Shown here in pieces: positions 12,546 to 25,232 of a stretch of DNA of 64,000 bases. The notes under the pieces were generated by a model, which saw only the letters and a program-made list of their open reading frames with translations, searched no databases and was not told the DNA's origin. The position numbers were made by a program, and so were the translations under genes. Each line of letters begins with the position of its first letter. Position 1 is the first letter of the stretch. Location: positions 34,534,001-34,598,000 of the forward strand of contig CM069160.1 of NCBI GenBank assembly GCA_035221665.1, given 5' to 3'. This stretch comes from Okamejei kenojei (lineage: Eukaryota).

Positions 12546-14328
12546 GCCGAGGGTAACCGGTGGTCAAAGGACTCCAGGCTCCGCACCGAGACCCCGCCTC
12601 CCTTTACAATCTGCTCCTTGAGTCTCCTGTCACGGGGGTCGGGTCCGGGACGAATCTTCTCCCGGGAATTTCTTCAGTCACCCATCATCAAACCTGTCAA
12701 AGGACAGAAAATGATTCTGAAGACAAAAGATGTGGAACAATACAAATAATCAGGGGGTGAGGTTATATTGTCCAGTGGAATAAAGAGTGAACGATGCTCC
12801 CAGGTGTCTGCTCTCTCATTTGTTCTTGGTTCTCTCGCGATGACCAGAGATCACCCTGTACACCAGCACGATCCGGCACTCGAGGGACAATTTACAAATT
12901 TACCCGACGCCAGTTATCTACAAACCTGCTCGTCTTTGGATTGTGGGAGAAAACTGGAATAAAACACACGCGTCGCGGGGAGAACGCACAAACTCCGTAG
13001 AAACAACACCCGTAGTCAGGATCGAACCCGGGTCTCGGGCGCTGTGAGGCAGCAACTCTACCGCTGCGCCACCTTGCCGGCCACGGGGAGGCTGGGGTTG
13101 TACTGGGAGCCGGGTAAGGTGTGTGTGTGTATGTGGGGGGGGGGGGGGGGGGGGGGGGGGGTGAATGGAGGGGCTCGGAATGGGGACGGGTTGGCCCGAT
13201 AAAGGATGGGGAAAGTGGGCCCTGTGGCCGGAGTGCCGTGAGCGGAGGACTCGTTCTGAGGTTATTGGTGAAAGAAGAGGAGGGAATGAGCGGAATTACA
13301 TCTCCAGGGCTGACCATCCCAACACACACCTGGCCGCAGGGGGCAGTGTGGGGTCAACACGGAATAACCCCTGGTCCAGGTGGTCGCCTCCCCTGTTCCA
13401 TTGTACGTTCCAGGGTTGAGTAGTTGAGCCCTGATTATACAGAAGGACATTTGTTGCCCTTGTTCACCCACTGGTAGAGGGTTTAGTAACGGACCAGCAA
13501 AGCGCCACCGATCTGGAGCAGCTCACCTTCAGTCGACCTGTCATTCCTGAAACAGTGAACGTTTTCAGCAGCCGATGTGGAAATGCTCACATATTATGGG
13601 GAGAAGGTGGGAGATCAGCGGTCAGATTCTCAGTGTGACGCGAGTCCCAGACATTATCTACTTTGGGGATGGTTCGACTCTCAGCGGGGATCGGCTGCTG
13701 GAGAAAGGTGAGCGGAGTTAAACAGGAACCGACTGGAGAGATCGGTCGTGAGAGATTGGGAGTTCCAGAAAATGTCTCTGAGCAGCTCACTGCGCTTGTC
13801 CTTATCAGTGCCAGGGAGTGGCGGGGAGCGGATAGTTTCGACCGTGAACCCTCAGATCAAACACAGCAACCCGCGGTATTCCATATTCCACTTCTTTGCC
13901 CACTCTCCCAACCTGTCCACGCCATTCTGCAGCCTCCATGGTTCCTCTACACAACAGGCCCCTCCACCTATTTTCATACCGTCTGCAAATTTGTCCACAA
14001 AGCCACTAATTCTCCCATCCAGCCCATTAACCCATGAGGTGTAAAGTAGCGGCCCCTACACCGACCCCCGTGGAACACCACTAGTCACCGGCAGCCAACT
14101 AGAAATGTCCCCCTTTATTCTCACTCGTTGCTTCTGCCCGTCAACCACTCTACTATCCATGCTGGAACCTTGCTTCAGATACCAGGAGCTCCAATCCTGT
14201 TTAGCAGCCTCGCCTGTGGCACCTTATCAAAATCCTTCTGATAATCCAAGTAAACAACATCCACTGTACACAAAAAGCTGGAGAAACTCAGCGGGTGCAG
14301 CAGCATCTAAGGAGCGAAGGAGATAGGC

Positions 14329-14356
14329 GACGTTTCGGGTCGAGACCCTTCTTCAG
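14329..14356 (-). ncRNA. Minimal type-I hammerhead ribozyme core in the Penelope tail
   Basis: Minus strand CUGAAGA-A-GGGU-CUCG-ACCC-GAAAC-GUC; stem I only ~2 bp, activity untested. Confidence 0.6.
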
Positions 14357-15735
14357 ACTGGTCAGGGATCAGGGAAACGAGAGATATAGACGGTGATGTG
14401 GAGAGATAAGGAACAATGAGTGAAAGATATGCAAAAAAGTATCGGTGATAAAGGGAACAAGCCATTGTAAGCTGTTTGTGGTGTGAAAATGAGAAGCTGG
14501 TGCGACTTGGGTGGGGGAGGGAGATAGAGATAGAGGGAATGCCAGGGCCCGAGGGCTGAGGGAGAGGTGGGAAGGGGAGGAGACAGCAAGGTTAACAGAA
14601 TTGAGAAATTCAATATTCAAGCCCAAAGGATGCAGACTCCCCAAGCGGAATATGAGGTGCTGTTCCTCCAGCTTGCGGTGTTGCTCACTCTGGCCGTGGA
14701 GGAGGCCCAGGACCGAGAGGTCGGATGTGGAATGGGAGGGGGAGTTGAAGTGCTGAGCCACCGGGAGGTCGGGTTGGTTATTGCGGACCGAGCGGAGGTG
14801 TTCGGCGAAGCGATCGCCAAGCCTCCGCTTGGTCTCACCGATATAGATCATCTGGCATCTGGAGCAAACGGATGCAGTAGATGAGGTTGGAGGAGGTGCA
14901 GGTGAACCTCTGTCGGACCTGGAAGGACTGCTTGGATCCCTGAAAGGAGTGGAGGGGGGAGGTGAAGGGACAAGTGTTGCATTTCTTGCGGTTGCAAGGG
15001 AAAGTGCCCGGGGAAGGGGTAGAGTGGGAGGGGAGGGAAGAATTGACAAGGGATTCTTCCCTCCCCTCCCACTCTACCCCTTCCCCGGGCACTTTCCCTT
15101 GCAACCGCAAGAAATGCAACACTTGTCCCTTCACCTCCCCCCTCCACTCCTTTCAGGGACCCAAGCAGTCCTTCCAGGTCCGACAGAGGTTCACCTGCAC
15201 CTCCTCCAACCTCATCTACTGCATCCGTTGCTCCAGATGCCAGATGATCTATATCGGTGAGACCAAGCGGAGGCTTGGCGATCGCTTCGCCGAACACCTG
15301 CTCGGTCCGCAATAACCAACCCGACCTCCCGGTGGCTCAGCACTTCAACTCCCCCCTCCCATTCCACATCCGACCTCTCGGTCCTGGGCCTCCTCCACGG
15401 CCAGAGTGAGCAACACCGCAAGCTGGAGGAACAGCACCTCATATTCCGCTTGGGGAGTCTGCATCCTTTGGGCTTGAATATTGAATTTTCTCATTCTGTT
15501 AACCTTGCTGTCTACTCCCCTTCCCACCTCTCCTCAGCCCTCGGGCCCTGGCATTCCCTCTATCTCTATCTCCCTCCCCCACCCAAGTAGCACCAGCTTC
15601 TCATTTTCACACCACAAACAGCTTACAATGGCTTGTTCCCTTTATCACCGATACTTTTTTGCATATCTTTCACTCATTGTTCCTTATCTCTCCACATCAC
15701 CGTCTATATCTCTCGTTTCCCTGATCCTGACCAGT

Positions 15736-15763
15736 CTGAAGAAGGGTCTCGACCCGAAACGTC
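15736..15763 (+). ncRNA. Minimal type-I hammerhead ribozyme core in the Penelope tail
   Basis: ctgaagaagggtctcgacccgaaacgtc; contains the CUGANGA, stem II, GAAA and GUC elements. Confidence 0.6.
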
Positions 15764-17441
15764 GCCTATCTCCTTCGCTCCTTAGATGCTGCTGCACCCG
15801 CTGAGTTTCTCCAGCTTTTTGTGTACCCTCGATTCTCCAGCATCTGCAGTTCCTTCTTTAAAATCTTTAAAACAACATCCACTGACTTCTTTGGCGACTC
15901 TCCTTTTATGGTGATTCTTTACCGACGCACCATGAGACAGTTTATACCCCCAAATGGCATTGATACAGAGTTGCACACATCTTCATATTGTTCTAATATT
16001 CACATTGGTCAGTTATGTTGCAGCCTGGCCACAGTTATAGGAAACAAGTTTAAAGTATAGAAATGTCCCTACCTTATTCGCAACTTTGGTTGTTCGTCGT
16101 CTCACTGCCTCCCCACAGTCCTTCGATTGTTAATGTGCAGTAAAAGCCCTTTGGACTACCTTTTATCTCGATCAGACCTTTGGACTCCTTTATGATTTTA
16201 GCCTGAATCTTTATCAGTTCTCTTTAATAAAAGGAGCAAGCCAGACTTTGGACCATCACTGCCCAGAAAAGGTGCGGCGTGTTGTTTTTGCTGTTGAGAG
16301 GTTGCATATTTGCGAAGATAATTAGTGTGGAGCATTTGTCCAGTTTCGAGGTCAAAGGAAGGCGTTTGTCCTGGGAGCAGATGTCAGGTTATAGCAGCCA
16401 GAGAAAGGACTGGTATACATCATGAAATTGATCAGAAACTCAGGAGGGGACTGAACCAGTGGCCCAGCGCAGGCGGTCTCAAACAGCAATCCATCCGGTA
16501 TCACACCCACAAACCTTTTCTGTAACAGGTGAATCGTCTTTTTCTTCAGCCGTTTATTCTGTGCGTTTCAATATCCCAACTTTTACCAATAGTGACCAAA
16601 TTGGCTGCATGTTCTTTTTCAAATAATTTTACTTCCTAATCTTGGAATGTTAAATTAAATCAACGCCGCCACTTTCAAAGAAAAGCAACTTGGACATCTT
16701 TGCGGTGAGAAATCTTAACAATATTGTTTTTGTTTTTCTGTTTCTTCTAAAGGACACTAATGTATTCCGTATGTTCCGGTTAACGGGGTGCATCTTGCTC
16801 CACGGTCTGGGATAGCCTCGCGGGGTTCATATCATGTCCCCATGTGAATGTACGCTATATCTTGACTTCTTACTGTAGCCCAGCACAATGATTAACTCGT
16901 GGCGTTGGCCACAGCAATCTTCCTGCCTCTCTCCTCGTCTCCGTTTCTCTGCAGCTAGGCTCAGTGCACAATAGAACATAGAACACAGAACAACACAGGG
17001 ACGTGACCCTCGGCCCACAATGTGTGTGCCGAACACGATGCGGAGACCAGTGCTTAACTGCTGTCACACAATCCACCTCTCTCCATTCCCTGCATTAACG
17101 TTGTGTAATATTCTGAATTTTCTGAAACTGAAGAGCAGTTTGCAAACTGCATTAGCGTTTAATGATAGTATTTTGCAAAAACAAACATAAAACACTCAGG
17201 AGGAAATTCTAGTAAAAACGACCGGCCTTGAACGTTTGCATATTGTTGGACACACGCCTTCTGTATTTGTCTGAAGTTATACCCGGTGGCGTTTTGCCAA
17301 TAATTTATTTTATATTACCTGTTAATATGGAATTCGTAAAATTAGTTCATGGACTTATTTTGAGTGCGGTAGTGCTTCCCCTTGAAACACAATCTCGATG
17401 TTCTGCTTCCAGGTGAAACCAAGGAAGGATTTCTTTCAACG

Positions 17442-17496
17442 ATGAAGGGAGCAGGCTGCATCTTCGTGCTGCTGCTTGTTCATGCGGTGACCATGG
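17442..17496 (+). CDS. Butyrophilin-like gene B, signal-peptide exon (MKGAGCIFVLLLVHAVTM)
   Basis: Acceptor ttctgcttccag at 17412, ATG at 17442, 18 codons + G, then GT; homologous to the gene C leader MKGRRGIVLMLLLQTVMM. Confidence 0.85.
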
Positions 17497-17688
17497 GTCC
17501 GTAATGGGGCCATCGACGCGGCTATCACACACACCTTGCCGTGAATATTGTGCTAGTCCACCGCCTTTGCCGATCTATTGGATGATTTCCGACTGTACCT
17601 GCTTTTGCTTAACTGCCATCCTAACCCCCGAAATGTACACAACTCGCCAATGTAAAAAGCTGAAGTTTAAATATTGTATTTTTTCCAG

Positions 17689-18038
17689 AGCGATTCCTTG
17701 TGATTGTACCGGACTATCCGGTGGTGGTCATGGTGGGTGAAGATGCCGTGTTGGAATGCCAGATGGTACCGGATTACATCACTGGACGCTCTGGAGGTCC
17801 GATGGTTTACAACGAGCCCGGGGTCACCGCTACATTTATACACCGGCGGCCAGGTCCGAGCTGAGGTGCAGGACGGGGCTTAGCGAGGGAGAACGGAACT
17901 AATTCGGGAAGAGTTTCCCGTGGAAATTTGACGCTCTTAAACTGAAGAACGTCAAATTATCAGATGCTGGAATGTACACGTGTTCCATCAGCACCCCCAC
18001 GTCCCGTCAGCAGGAGGCGCTGCGGCTTCAGGTTGAAG
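17689..18038 (+). pseudogene. Butyrophilin-like gene B, IgV exon with frameshifts and a stop
   Basis: Highly similar to 37340-37687 but carries +1 T at ~17774, TAC>TAG at 17881-17883 and indels near 17920-17940; 350 nt vs 348; splice sites intact. Assembly error not excluded. Confidence 0.85.
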
Positions 18039-18171
18039 GTGAGTCCCTCTGGAGGCACAGAGTTCACACCAGGGTTTACACCGGGAATGTCAGTTAGAAG
18101 CCTCTGAGACTGGAAAGTAGGAATTCACTGGGAAGGTCAAGGGTTACTGACAATGCAGACCGCTGCCTCGG

Positions 18172-21100
18172 CAGGAGCGGATCTACTATGAAACTAATGA
18201 AGCTTACCCTTCAGGGCCCCTAATCCTGGACGGGTTCCAGAAGCGACTTTAGTCCAATTGGTCTTCCGATTTAAATAGCAATTCCGAATTAATCTGATTT
18301 TTCACCTCGACTAACCCCCTCGCCTCCACTAAACTTCACCTCACACTTAAACCTCAACCCACTAAACCTCGCCTCGACCAAATCTCCCACCTCACGCCTA
18401 AACTCCACCTCTCACCTAATCCCCGCCTCGACTAGTTGCCGCCTCTCTCCCGCGGGGAGGGGCTGCGGCCGCCGGGGGTGGGGTGGGGGGGGGGGGGGGG
18501 GGTGATGGGGGGGGGGGGGGGGGGAATCGGGCTCCACATCAACATCTGCGCACGTACGCCCTTCCCCTGCCAGATGCTCTCTAGGGCAATGCGTCTGTGC
18601 CGCTCTCCGCGCTCGGCCCCGAATAGTCGAGGGGCTGGTTAGTTAAGTTAAGGTGAGGTAAGTTGTGAGGTGAGATGTGAGGTTTATTTGAGATGCGAGG
18701 TTTAGTGAGGTACGGTTTAGTGGGGGTTTAGGTGTGAGGAGAAGTTTAGTAGTGAGGTATCGTCGAGGCGAGGGGTTTAGTGAGGCGAAGGGCTTAGTCG
18801 AGGTGTATGTGTGTAGGTGAGGTGAAGTGAGCGAAAGTGAGGTGACGCCAAGTGGGTGTCTGAGGTGCTGCTGAAGGAGGCGAGACCACTGCCTTCTGTG
18901 GCAGAAAATTCCACAAATTCGCAACTCTGGGTGAACACGTTTTTCTCATCTCAGTGCGAGGGAAAGAGACATTTCAATTAACATTTTTTGTAAAGATATT
19001 TTTAGCTGTATGAGGCCCTTTATTGAAACATGTAAGATTATTGAGGGTTTGGACACGCTAAAGGCAGGAAACATGTTCCCGATGTGAATCCAGAACCAGG
19101 GGCCACAGTTTAAGAATAAGGGGTAACCAAATTGCAACGGAGATAAGGAAATACATTTGCACGCAGAGAGTTGTGAGTCTGCGGAATCCTCTGCCTCAGA
19201 GGGAGGTGGAGGCCAATTATCTGGATAATTTCAAGAGATAGCTAGATAGTGCTCTTAAAGATAGCGGAGTCAGGGGATATGGGGAGAAGGCAGGAACGGG
19301 GTACTGTTTGGGGATGATCAGCCACTGAATGGCGGTGGTGGCTTGAAGGGCCGAATGGCCTACTCCTGCACCTATTGTCTATTTCATGAAATATATATCT
19401 TTTGGGGGTCATTTTACTGCTTATGTGTTAGAAAAAATCCAAGCTTCATTATCTGGGATTATAAGAACCACAGAATAAATACAAAACACTTATGTAAATC
19501 AAAAATAAATGGAGGTTTAGCATTGCCAAATTTTAGGTTTCATTATTGGGCAGTTAATATTAAAAATATGAATTTTTGGTTGGAAGAACTGGACAAACAA
19601 CCAAATTGGTTAAAAATGGAAAAGGAAGATTGTTTACCCTTTGAAATTGGATCGATACTATTTGCTATTACTAAATTAAGCAAAAATACCTATAAAGAAA
19701 ACCCAATAATAGACAGTGGAATACGTATTTGGAAACAATTAAAGAAGGCGCTAAAATTAGATTGTTTACCATTAGCACTTCCCATTGTAAATAATGCTAC
19801 ATTTAAACCCTCAATGATGGATAAAGGTTTTTTACAATGGAAAAATCATGGAATTAATAAGATGGGTGATCTCTATAGGAAAAATTCCTTTCTTTCATTT
19901 CAGGAACTACAACACATTTATGGGCTTCACTCAAAAGACTACTTTAGATATCTACAAATCAGAGACTATGCTAAGTCAAATACACAGGATTATAGAAATA
20001 GAAAGAGAGAAATTCTTGATGAATGTTTGAATAAACACTCGAATACAGAAAAATTGATATCTTATATTTATAATATTTTATTAGATAATGATGCACCCAT
20101 GACGGAAATATATAGGCAATCATGGGAAAACGAACTAGGCCAAATAATAGGGCCAGAAATATGGGATGAAAGCTTACAACATATACATCACTGTTCGTTA
20201 AATGCTAGACATTCTTTAATACAATTTAAAGTTTTACATAGATTGCACTATTCAAAAACCAAATTAAACATAATTTTCCCATGTGTATCCCCTATTTGTG
20301 ATAAATGTCAACACTTAGAGGCTAATCTTACGCACACATTTGTAAACTGTATAAAAATTACTAAATTTTGGACGGAATTTTTTTAAATAATTTCGCTAGT
20401 TGTCAATACCAATCTGGTCCCTGATTCAAAATTAATAATATTAGGAATACTAGAACCAAATCAATTATTCACAACGAACCAAAGAACTTTTATCGATTAT
20501 AGTTTAATAATTGGGAAAAAATTAATATTAAAATTCTGAAAAGGCCCTATGACCCCCACAATTAAAATGTGGACAATGGAAATGTCGGAGACCCTACATT
20601 TGGAAAGATTAAGATTTGTCTTAATGGACAAACACGAACTATTCATAAGAATATGGTCTCCATTTATTGAATATTTGAAGGGGCAAATTGGTTCGGCACG
20701 AGAACCTGACAGAAACCTGAATAAAGGAATAGATGAAGAATTATATTTTATAATCCACGGATATAGCTCCAATGATGCATAATCAGTCGAATACATTCTT
20801 TTTTTAAAGGGTTTTTTTCTCTTTTTTTCCCTACTATTTTCCATCTATATACAAATTAAAACAATATAAAGAAGTGCAATTACGATACAATTGTTAATAT
20901 AAATAATATTAATAATGTATGTCTATAACAAACAAATTGTTTTTTATTATGTATCTACTTCTAGTAAAAAATATTAAAAAAGAAAAAGAAAAATTCCAAG
21001 CTTCTGTTACGTAAACTATCAGCAAAAAGCTTGAGAATCGCTTTCAATTTATTGAAAATGCAGGAGCTTCAGGGGGCGTTGCCCATTGAACCCCCCCCCC

Positions 21101-21581
21101 CCCCCCCCACCACCGGGGCGCTTCCCCTGGACCCCACCGGGGGCCTAGCCAGCAACCTGGACCCCTGGCCAACACTTCCTCCTTCTTTTTCTGGAGGTGA
21201 ATATCTTGTTCAGTCCACATAGCTTAAAAAAATTGTGGTCTTCTGTATGAGAAGGGGATTATTAATTATAGTAATACTATAGTATAATTAAATATAAAAT
21301 AATCGTTAAAATTAAATTAAAAGGTTATTAAATTATCATGTCGTAAACGAAAAAACGATCAAATTAAGGATGTTTCATTCTAAATATATTTCATATAAAA
21401 TAATTATAAATAATTTAAAATACTATTAATATTTATGACAAACATTAACATTCATGGTGATCTGTCGTGGAACAACCCCATTGAATAAGATAACAGTGAT
21501 TACCCAGACCTCGTTGCTGGTTGCGAAGGGGCCCCATAACAGCTCGAGCTTCAGGGCCCCAAAAATGTAGGTGCGCCACTG
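18172..21581. mobile_element. Non-autonomous hAT-type DNA transposon with nested CR1 and L1 fragments
   Basis: Imperfect TIRs CAGGAGCGGATCTAC / GTAGGTGCGCCACTG; 8-bp TSD tgcctcgg (18164-18171, 21582-21589); empty site visible in the paralogous intron at ~48427-48434. Confidence 0.88.
19410..20993 (+). mobile_element. L1-clade LINE, 3' fragment (ORF2 C-terminus, zinc knuckle, A-rich tail)
   Basis: GGLALPNFRFHYWA, QFKVLHRLHYSK, CDKC...HTFVNC; ends in aaaaaagaaaaagaaaa. Confidence 0.88.
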
Positions 21582-22088
21582 TGCCTCGGCACAGGCTGGG
21601 ACTGACACGGCCGGGAACGGAATGGCAACGGCGAGGTTGTGTGTAGGAAGGAACTGCAGATGCAGGTTTACACCGAATGTAGACATAAAATGCTGGAGTA
21701 ACTCAGCGGGACAGGCAGCATGTGTGGAGAGAAGGAATGGGTGACGTTTCGGGTCGAGACCTTTCTTCAGACTTATAATGGGAGAGGGAGTCTAGAGATA
21801 TGCAAGAGTAAGGTGTGAAAAGGTAAAGCAAAGGGGACGAGGTTCAAGTAAAATATAGAACGGATCATTGTTAGCTGAAGGGGAAGGTGGCAACGAGGCG
21901 ATGGGGCGGTAACGCGGCGCTACCCGGTGACCCAACCAATGATCGTTGGAGTTCCCACCGCTGCTCTTTCTGTGGCTCTTCAGGCACCAGGCATCCTCTG
22001 CAGCTTACTGACCCGGCACACGGAAAGCCCATTCCATGCCGAGATACATGTGTAACAGTCGTGTTTACCGATTACTTCCCGATTGCAG

Positions 22089-22373
22089 GATTTGGACTCC
22101 GGCCCCGGATCCGCTTGGAGGAAAGCGCCACGCAAGGAGTGCGTGTGGTGTGTAAGTCGGATGGGTGGTTTCCCAAGCCGGAGATATGGTGGCTGGATGG
22201 GAGTGGACAAGATGTGACAGCGCGGTCTGACACACTGTTCACTGCCGACTCCAGCGGGCTGATCACTGTCCACAGTCACATCGATGTCACAAGTGATTCT
22301 GTGAACAGGTATTCCTGCTACATACGAAGTAAAAGACTGCGTAAAACACAAAAGGCCCATCTCCAGATATCAG
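22089..22373 (+). CDS. Butyrophilin-like gene B, IgC exon (open frame)
   Basis: GFGLRPRIRLEESATQGVRVVCKSDGWFPKPEIWW...YSCYIRS...HLQIS; 285 nt, ttgcag / gtatgt. Confidence 0.9.
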
Positions 22374-23249
22374 GTATGTGGGAGCCTGGATAACCCTCTA
22401 TAAAAGAGAGAAGTTGTTACACGGAACTGCAGGAGACATACACTCAGTAAACCTAGTAACCTTTGCTTTCCCTCTCTCTCCACCCCTCCCCACCCTAGTT
22501 CTTCGACTAGTTTCACTGTCCTGATTAATTTTGCTGATTGTATGCCTCATTGTCACCGTCCCCTCCGCTAACAATGAACCATTCTACATTTCCTTGATCA
22601 ATGTCTGCTTTGATCTGACGTTTTCACACTTTACCCTTCTATATCTCCGGTCTCCCTCTCGCCCGACTCTCAGTCTGAAGAAGGGTCTCGACCCTGAACG
22701 TCACCCGTCCCTTCTCTCCCGAGATGCTGCCTGACCCGCCGAGTTATTCCCGCATTTTGTGTCTATCTGCGGTGTTAACCTGCATCTGCAGTTCCTTCCT
22801 ACACACGGGGTCTATAACTGATCAGGTGTGGGATACCTCAGGAATAAACCCCAACATTCGGCAAGTGATGGGCAGCTGGGGCTGGTTGTTGGTGCTGTGG
22901 ATGGGGAGATGGGGTTATAGACTAGGTGCCGCTGGGAGGAGACCACTAGTTCGTTGGGAGCTGATAAATTCAGTTCCACCTCCCGCTCCTCCTGTCTTAG
23001 TGGGAGCAAGTTCAATGCCTTTCTAGACTGTCCCAATGAGGAAACAAGGAACTGCAGATGCTGGTTCAGAATAAAAGACTGCCCCCCCCCCCCCCCCACC
23101 CCCGAAACAGCAGTCATTTACACCAACTTATTCAAATGCTCGTGACAGGGGCGAGATCGGAACTGGAAGTCAGCTGCTGTGCTGTGTCACTACTGAAGAT
23201 GAAATCTACACATTATTTTATGATATTGTTGCCCCGTGTTTCATGTCAG

Positions 23250-24435
23250 TTAGAATCATAGAATCATAGAAAATAGGTGCAGGAGTAGGCCATTCGGCCC
23301 TTCGAGCCTGCACCGCCATTCAATATTATCATGGCTGATCACCCAACTCAGTAACCTGTACCTGCCTTCTCTCCATACCTGCTAATCCCATTAGCCACAA
23401 GGGCCACATCCAACTCCCTCTTAAGTATAGCCAATGAACTGGCCTCAACTACCTTCTGTGGCAGAGATTCCAGAGACTCACCACTCTCTGTGTGAAAAAT
23501 GATCTTCTCATCTCGGTCCTAAAAGACGTCCCCCTTGTCCTTAAACTGTGACCCCCTTGTTCTGGAGTTCCCCCCACATCGGGTACAATCTTCCTGCATC
23601 TAGCCTGTGGAACACCTTAAGTCTCTATAAGATCCCCCCCCCCCCCCCCCCCCCCCCCCCTCAATCTCCTAAATTCCAGCGAGTACAAGCCGAGTCTATC
23701 CAGTCTTTCTTCATATGGAAGTACTGCCATCCCAGGATTCATGGTGAACTTTCTCTGTACTCACTCTATGGCAAGAATGTCCTTCCTCAGATTAGGAGAC
23801 CAAAACTGTACGCAATAATCCAGGTGTGGCCTCACCAAGACCCTGTACAACTGCAGTAGAACCTCCCTGCTTTTGTACTCAAATCATTTTGCTATTAATG
23901 CCAACATACCATTCGCTTTCTTCACTGCCTGCTGCACCTGCATGTCTACTTTCAATGACTGGTGTACCATGACACCCAGGTCTCGTTGCATCTCCCCTTT
24001 TCCTAATCGCCCACCATTCAGATAATAGTCTACCCTCCTGTTTTTGCCGCCAAATTGGATAACCTCACATTTATCCACATTATACTGCACCTGTCATGCA
24101 TTTGCCCACTCACTCAACCTATCCAGGTCACCTTGCAGCCTCCTAGCATCCACAGATAACACTGCCCCCCAGCTTCGTGTCATCCGCAAACTTGGAGATG
24201 TTGCATTCAATTCCCTCATCCAGATCATTAATATATATTGGAAATAGCTGGGGTCCCAAAACTGAGCCTTGCGGTACCCCACTAGTCACTGCCTGCCATT
24301 CTGAAAGGGACCCGTTTACTCCTACTCTTTGCTTCCTGTCTGCCAGCCAGTTCTCTATCGACATCAATACTGAACCCCCAATACCGTGTGCTTTAAGTTT
24401 GTATGCTAATCTCTTATGTGGGACCTTGTCGAAAG
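23250..24435 (-). mobile_element. CR1 LINE 3' fragment
   Basis: [39 protein letters not shown]; tail catagaa repeats. Confidence 0.9.
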
Positions 24436-25103
24436 TTCATAGCAGCGGCTGAGATCTCAGTCAACCCGCTATTTGTGTGAGTTAGTTCTTGTGCGAGTTG
24501 TTAGGACATATCACTACACGGCCAGCCTGTAAAGTGATACGACCCCTTCCTAATCTGGCCCTGCGTAATGAGAAGAACGACCTTTATCATTCTAAACCTC
24601 TGTCCCCGTGACACCCGTTGGCGGGGATAGCGGTCGAGGGCGCTTCCCTGATCGGCGCACATTTCACCACAGAAAGGGCTCTAACACTTGCTCGCCAGAC
24701 AAAATGCTACTGGTAAAATAAAAACTCAAACTCCCTCCAAACCTTTCCTATCCGCATCCCTGTCCAATTGCCTTTTAAATTATGTTATAGTACCTGCCTC
24801 AACTACTCCTCCAGCAGCTCGTTCCATATTCCCAACATCCTTTGTGTGAAAACGTTGCCCCTGAGATTTGCATTAAATCTTGCCCCTCTCATCTTAAGCC
24901 TGCGCCCTCTAATTCTTGATTATCCCGGGTGAAAGATTGTGCACTCACCCTCTCTATTCCAGTCATGGTTTAGTACACCTCTATAAGATCACCCTTCAGC
25001 CGTCTGCTCTCCAAGGAATAAAGTCAGATGCCGAATATCTCGCTGTAGCTCCGGTTCTCAAGTGCTGGGGTATCTGATACGAGTGGACGCATTTCCCTTC
25101 TAG

Positions 25104-25232
25104 ATATGTTCATCAATAAAGTTAACGAGTTCAACATCTGGGTGCCGATATTCTGGGTGTTTGCCGGCCTTGTGGTCACAGCTGCTGCCTTCAATATATT
25201 GATCCACAGATACGAAGACAAAAAGATTCAAG
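25104..25232 (+). CDS. Butyrophilin-like gene B, transmembrane exon (DMFINKVNEFNIWVPIFWVFAGLVVTAAAFNILIHRYEDKKIQ)
   Basis: ttcccttctag / gtaaga, 129 nt, phase 1-1; homologous to 50758-50877. Confidence 0.9.

Larger units (their letters stand above)
14267..15869. mobile_element. Palindromic (head-to-head) Penelope-like insertion inside a CR1 fragment
   Basis: ~780-bp arms that are near-exact reverse complements (centre ~15050), each encoding GIY-YIG; 15-bp TSD aaacaacatccactg at 14252-14266 and 15870-15884. Confidence 0.92.

Noticed and set aside
13130-13165. Long G/C homopolymers (also ~18480-18525, 21090, 23635, 33500) as G-quadruplex elements
   Set aside because: Pure homopolymers of unreliable length, mostly within repeats; no specific evidence of function.
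13527-13600. Possible non-coding first exon of gene A (donor AAG|GTGAGC on the minus strand)
   Set aside because: Only a donor motif supports it; no way to place a TSS from sequence.
16753-16815. Leader-like MFRLTGCILLHG after a strong acceptor upstream of gene B
   Set aside because: Hydrophobic core too short and followed by TAG; a better leader lies at 17442. May be a UTR exon or relic.
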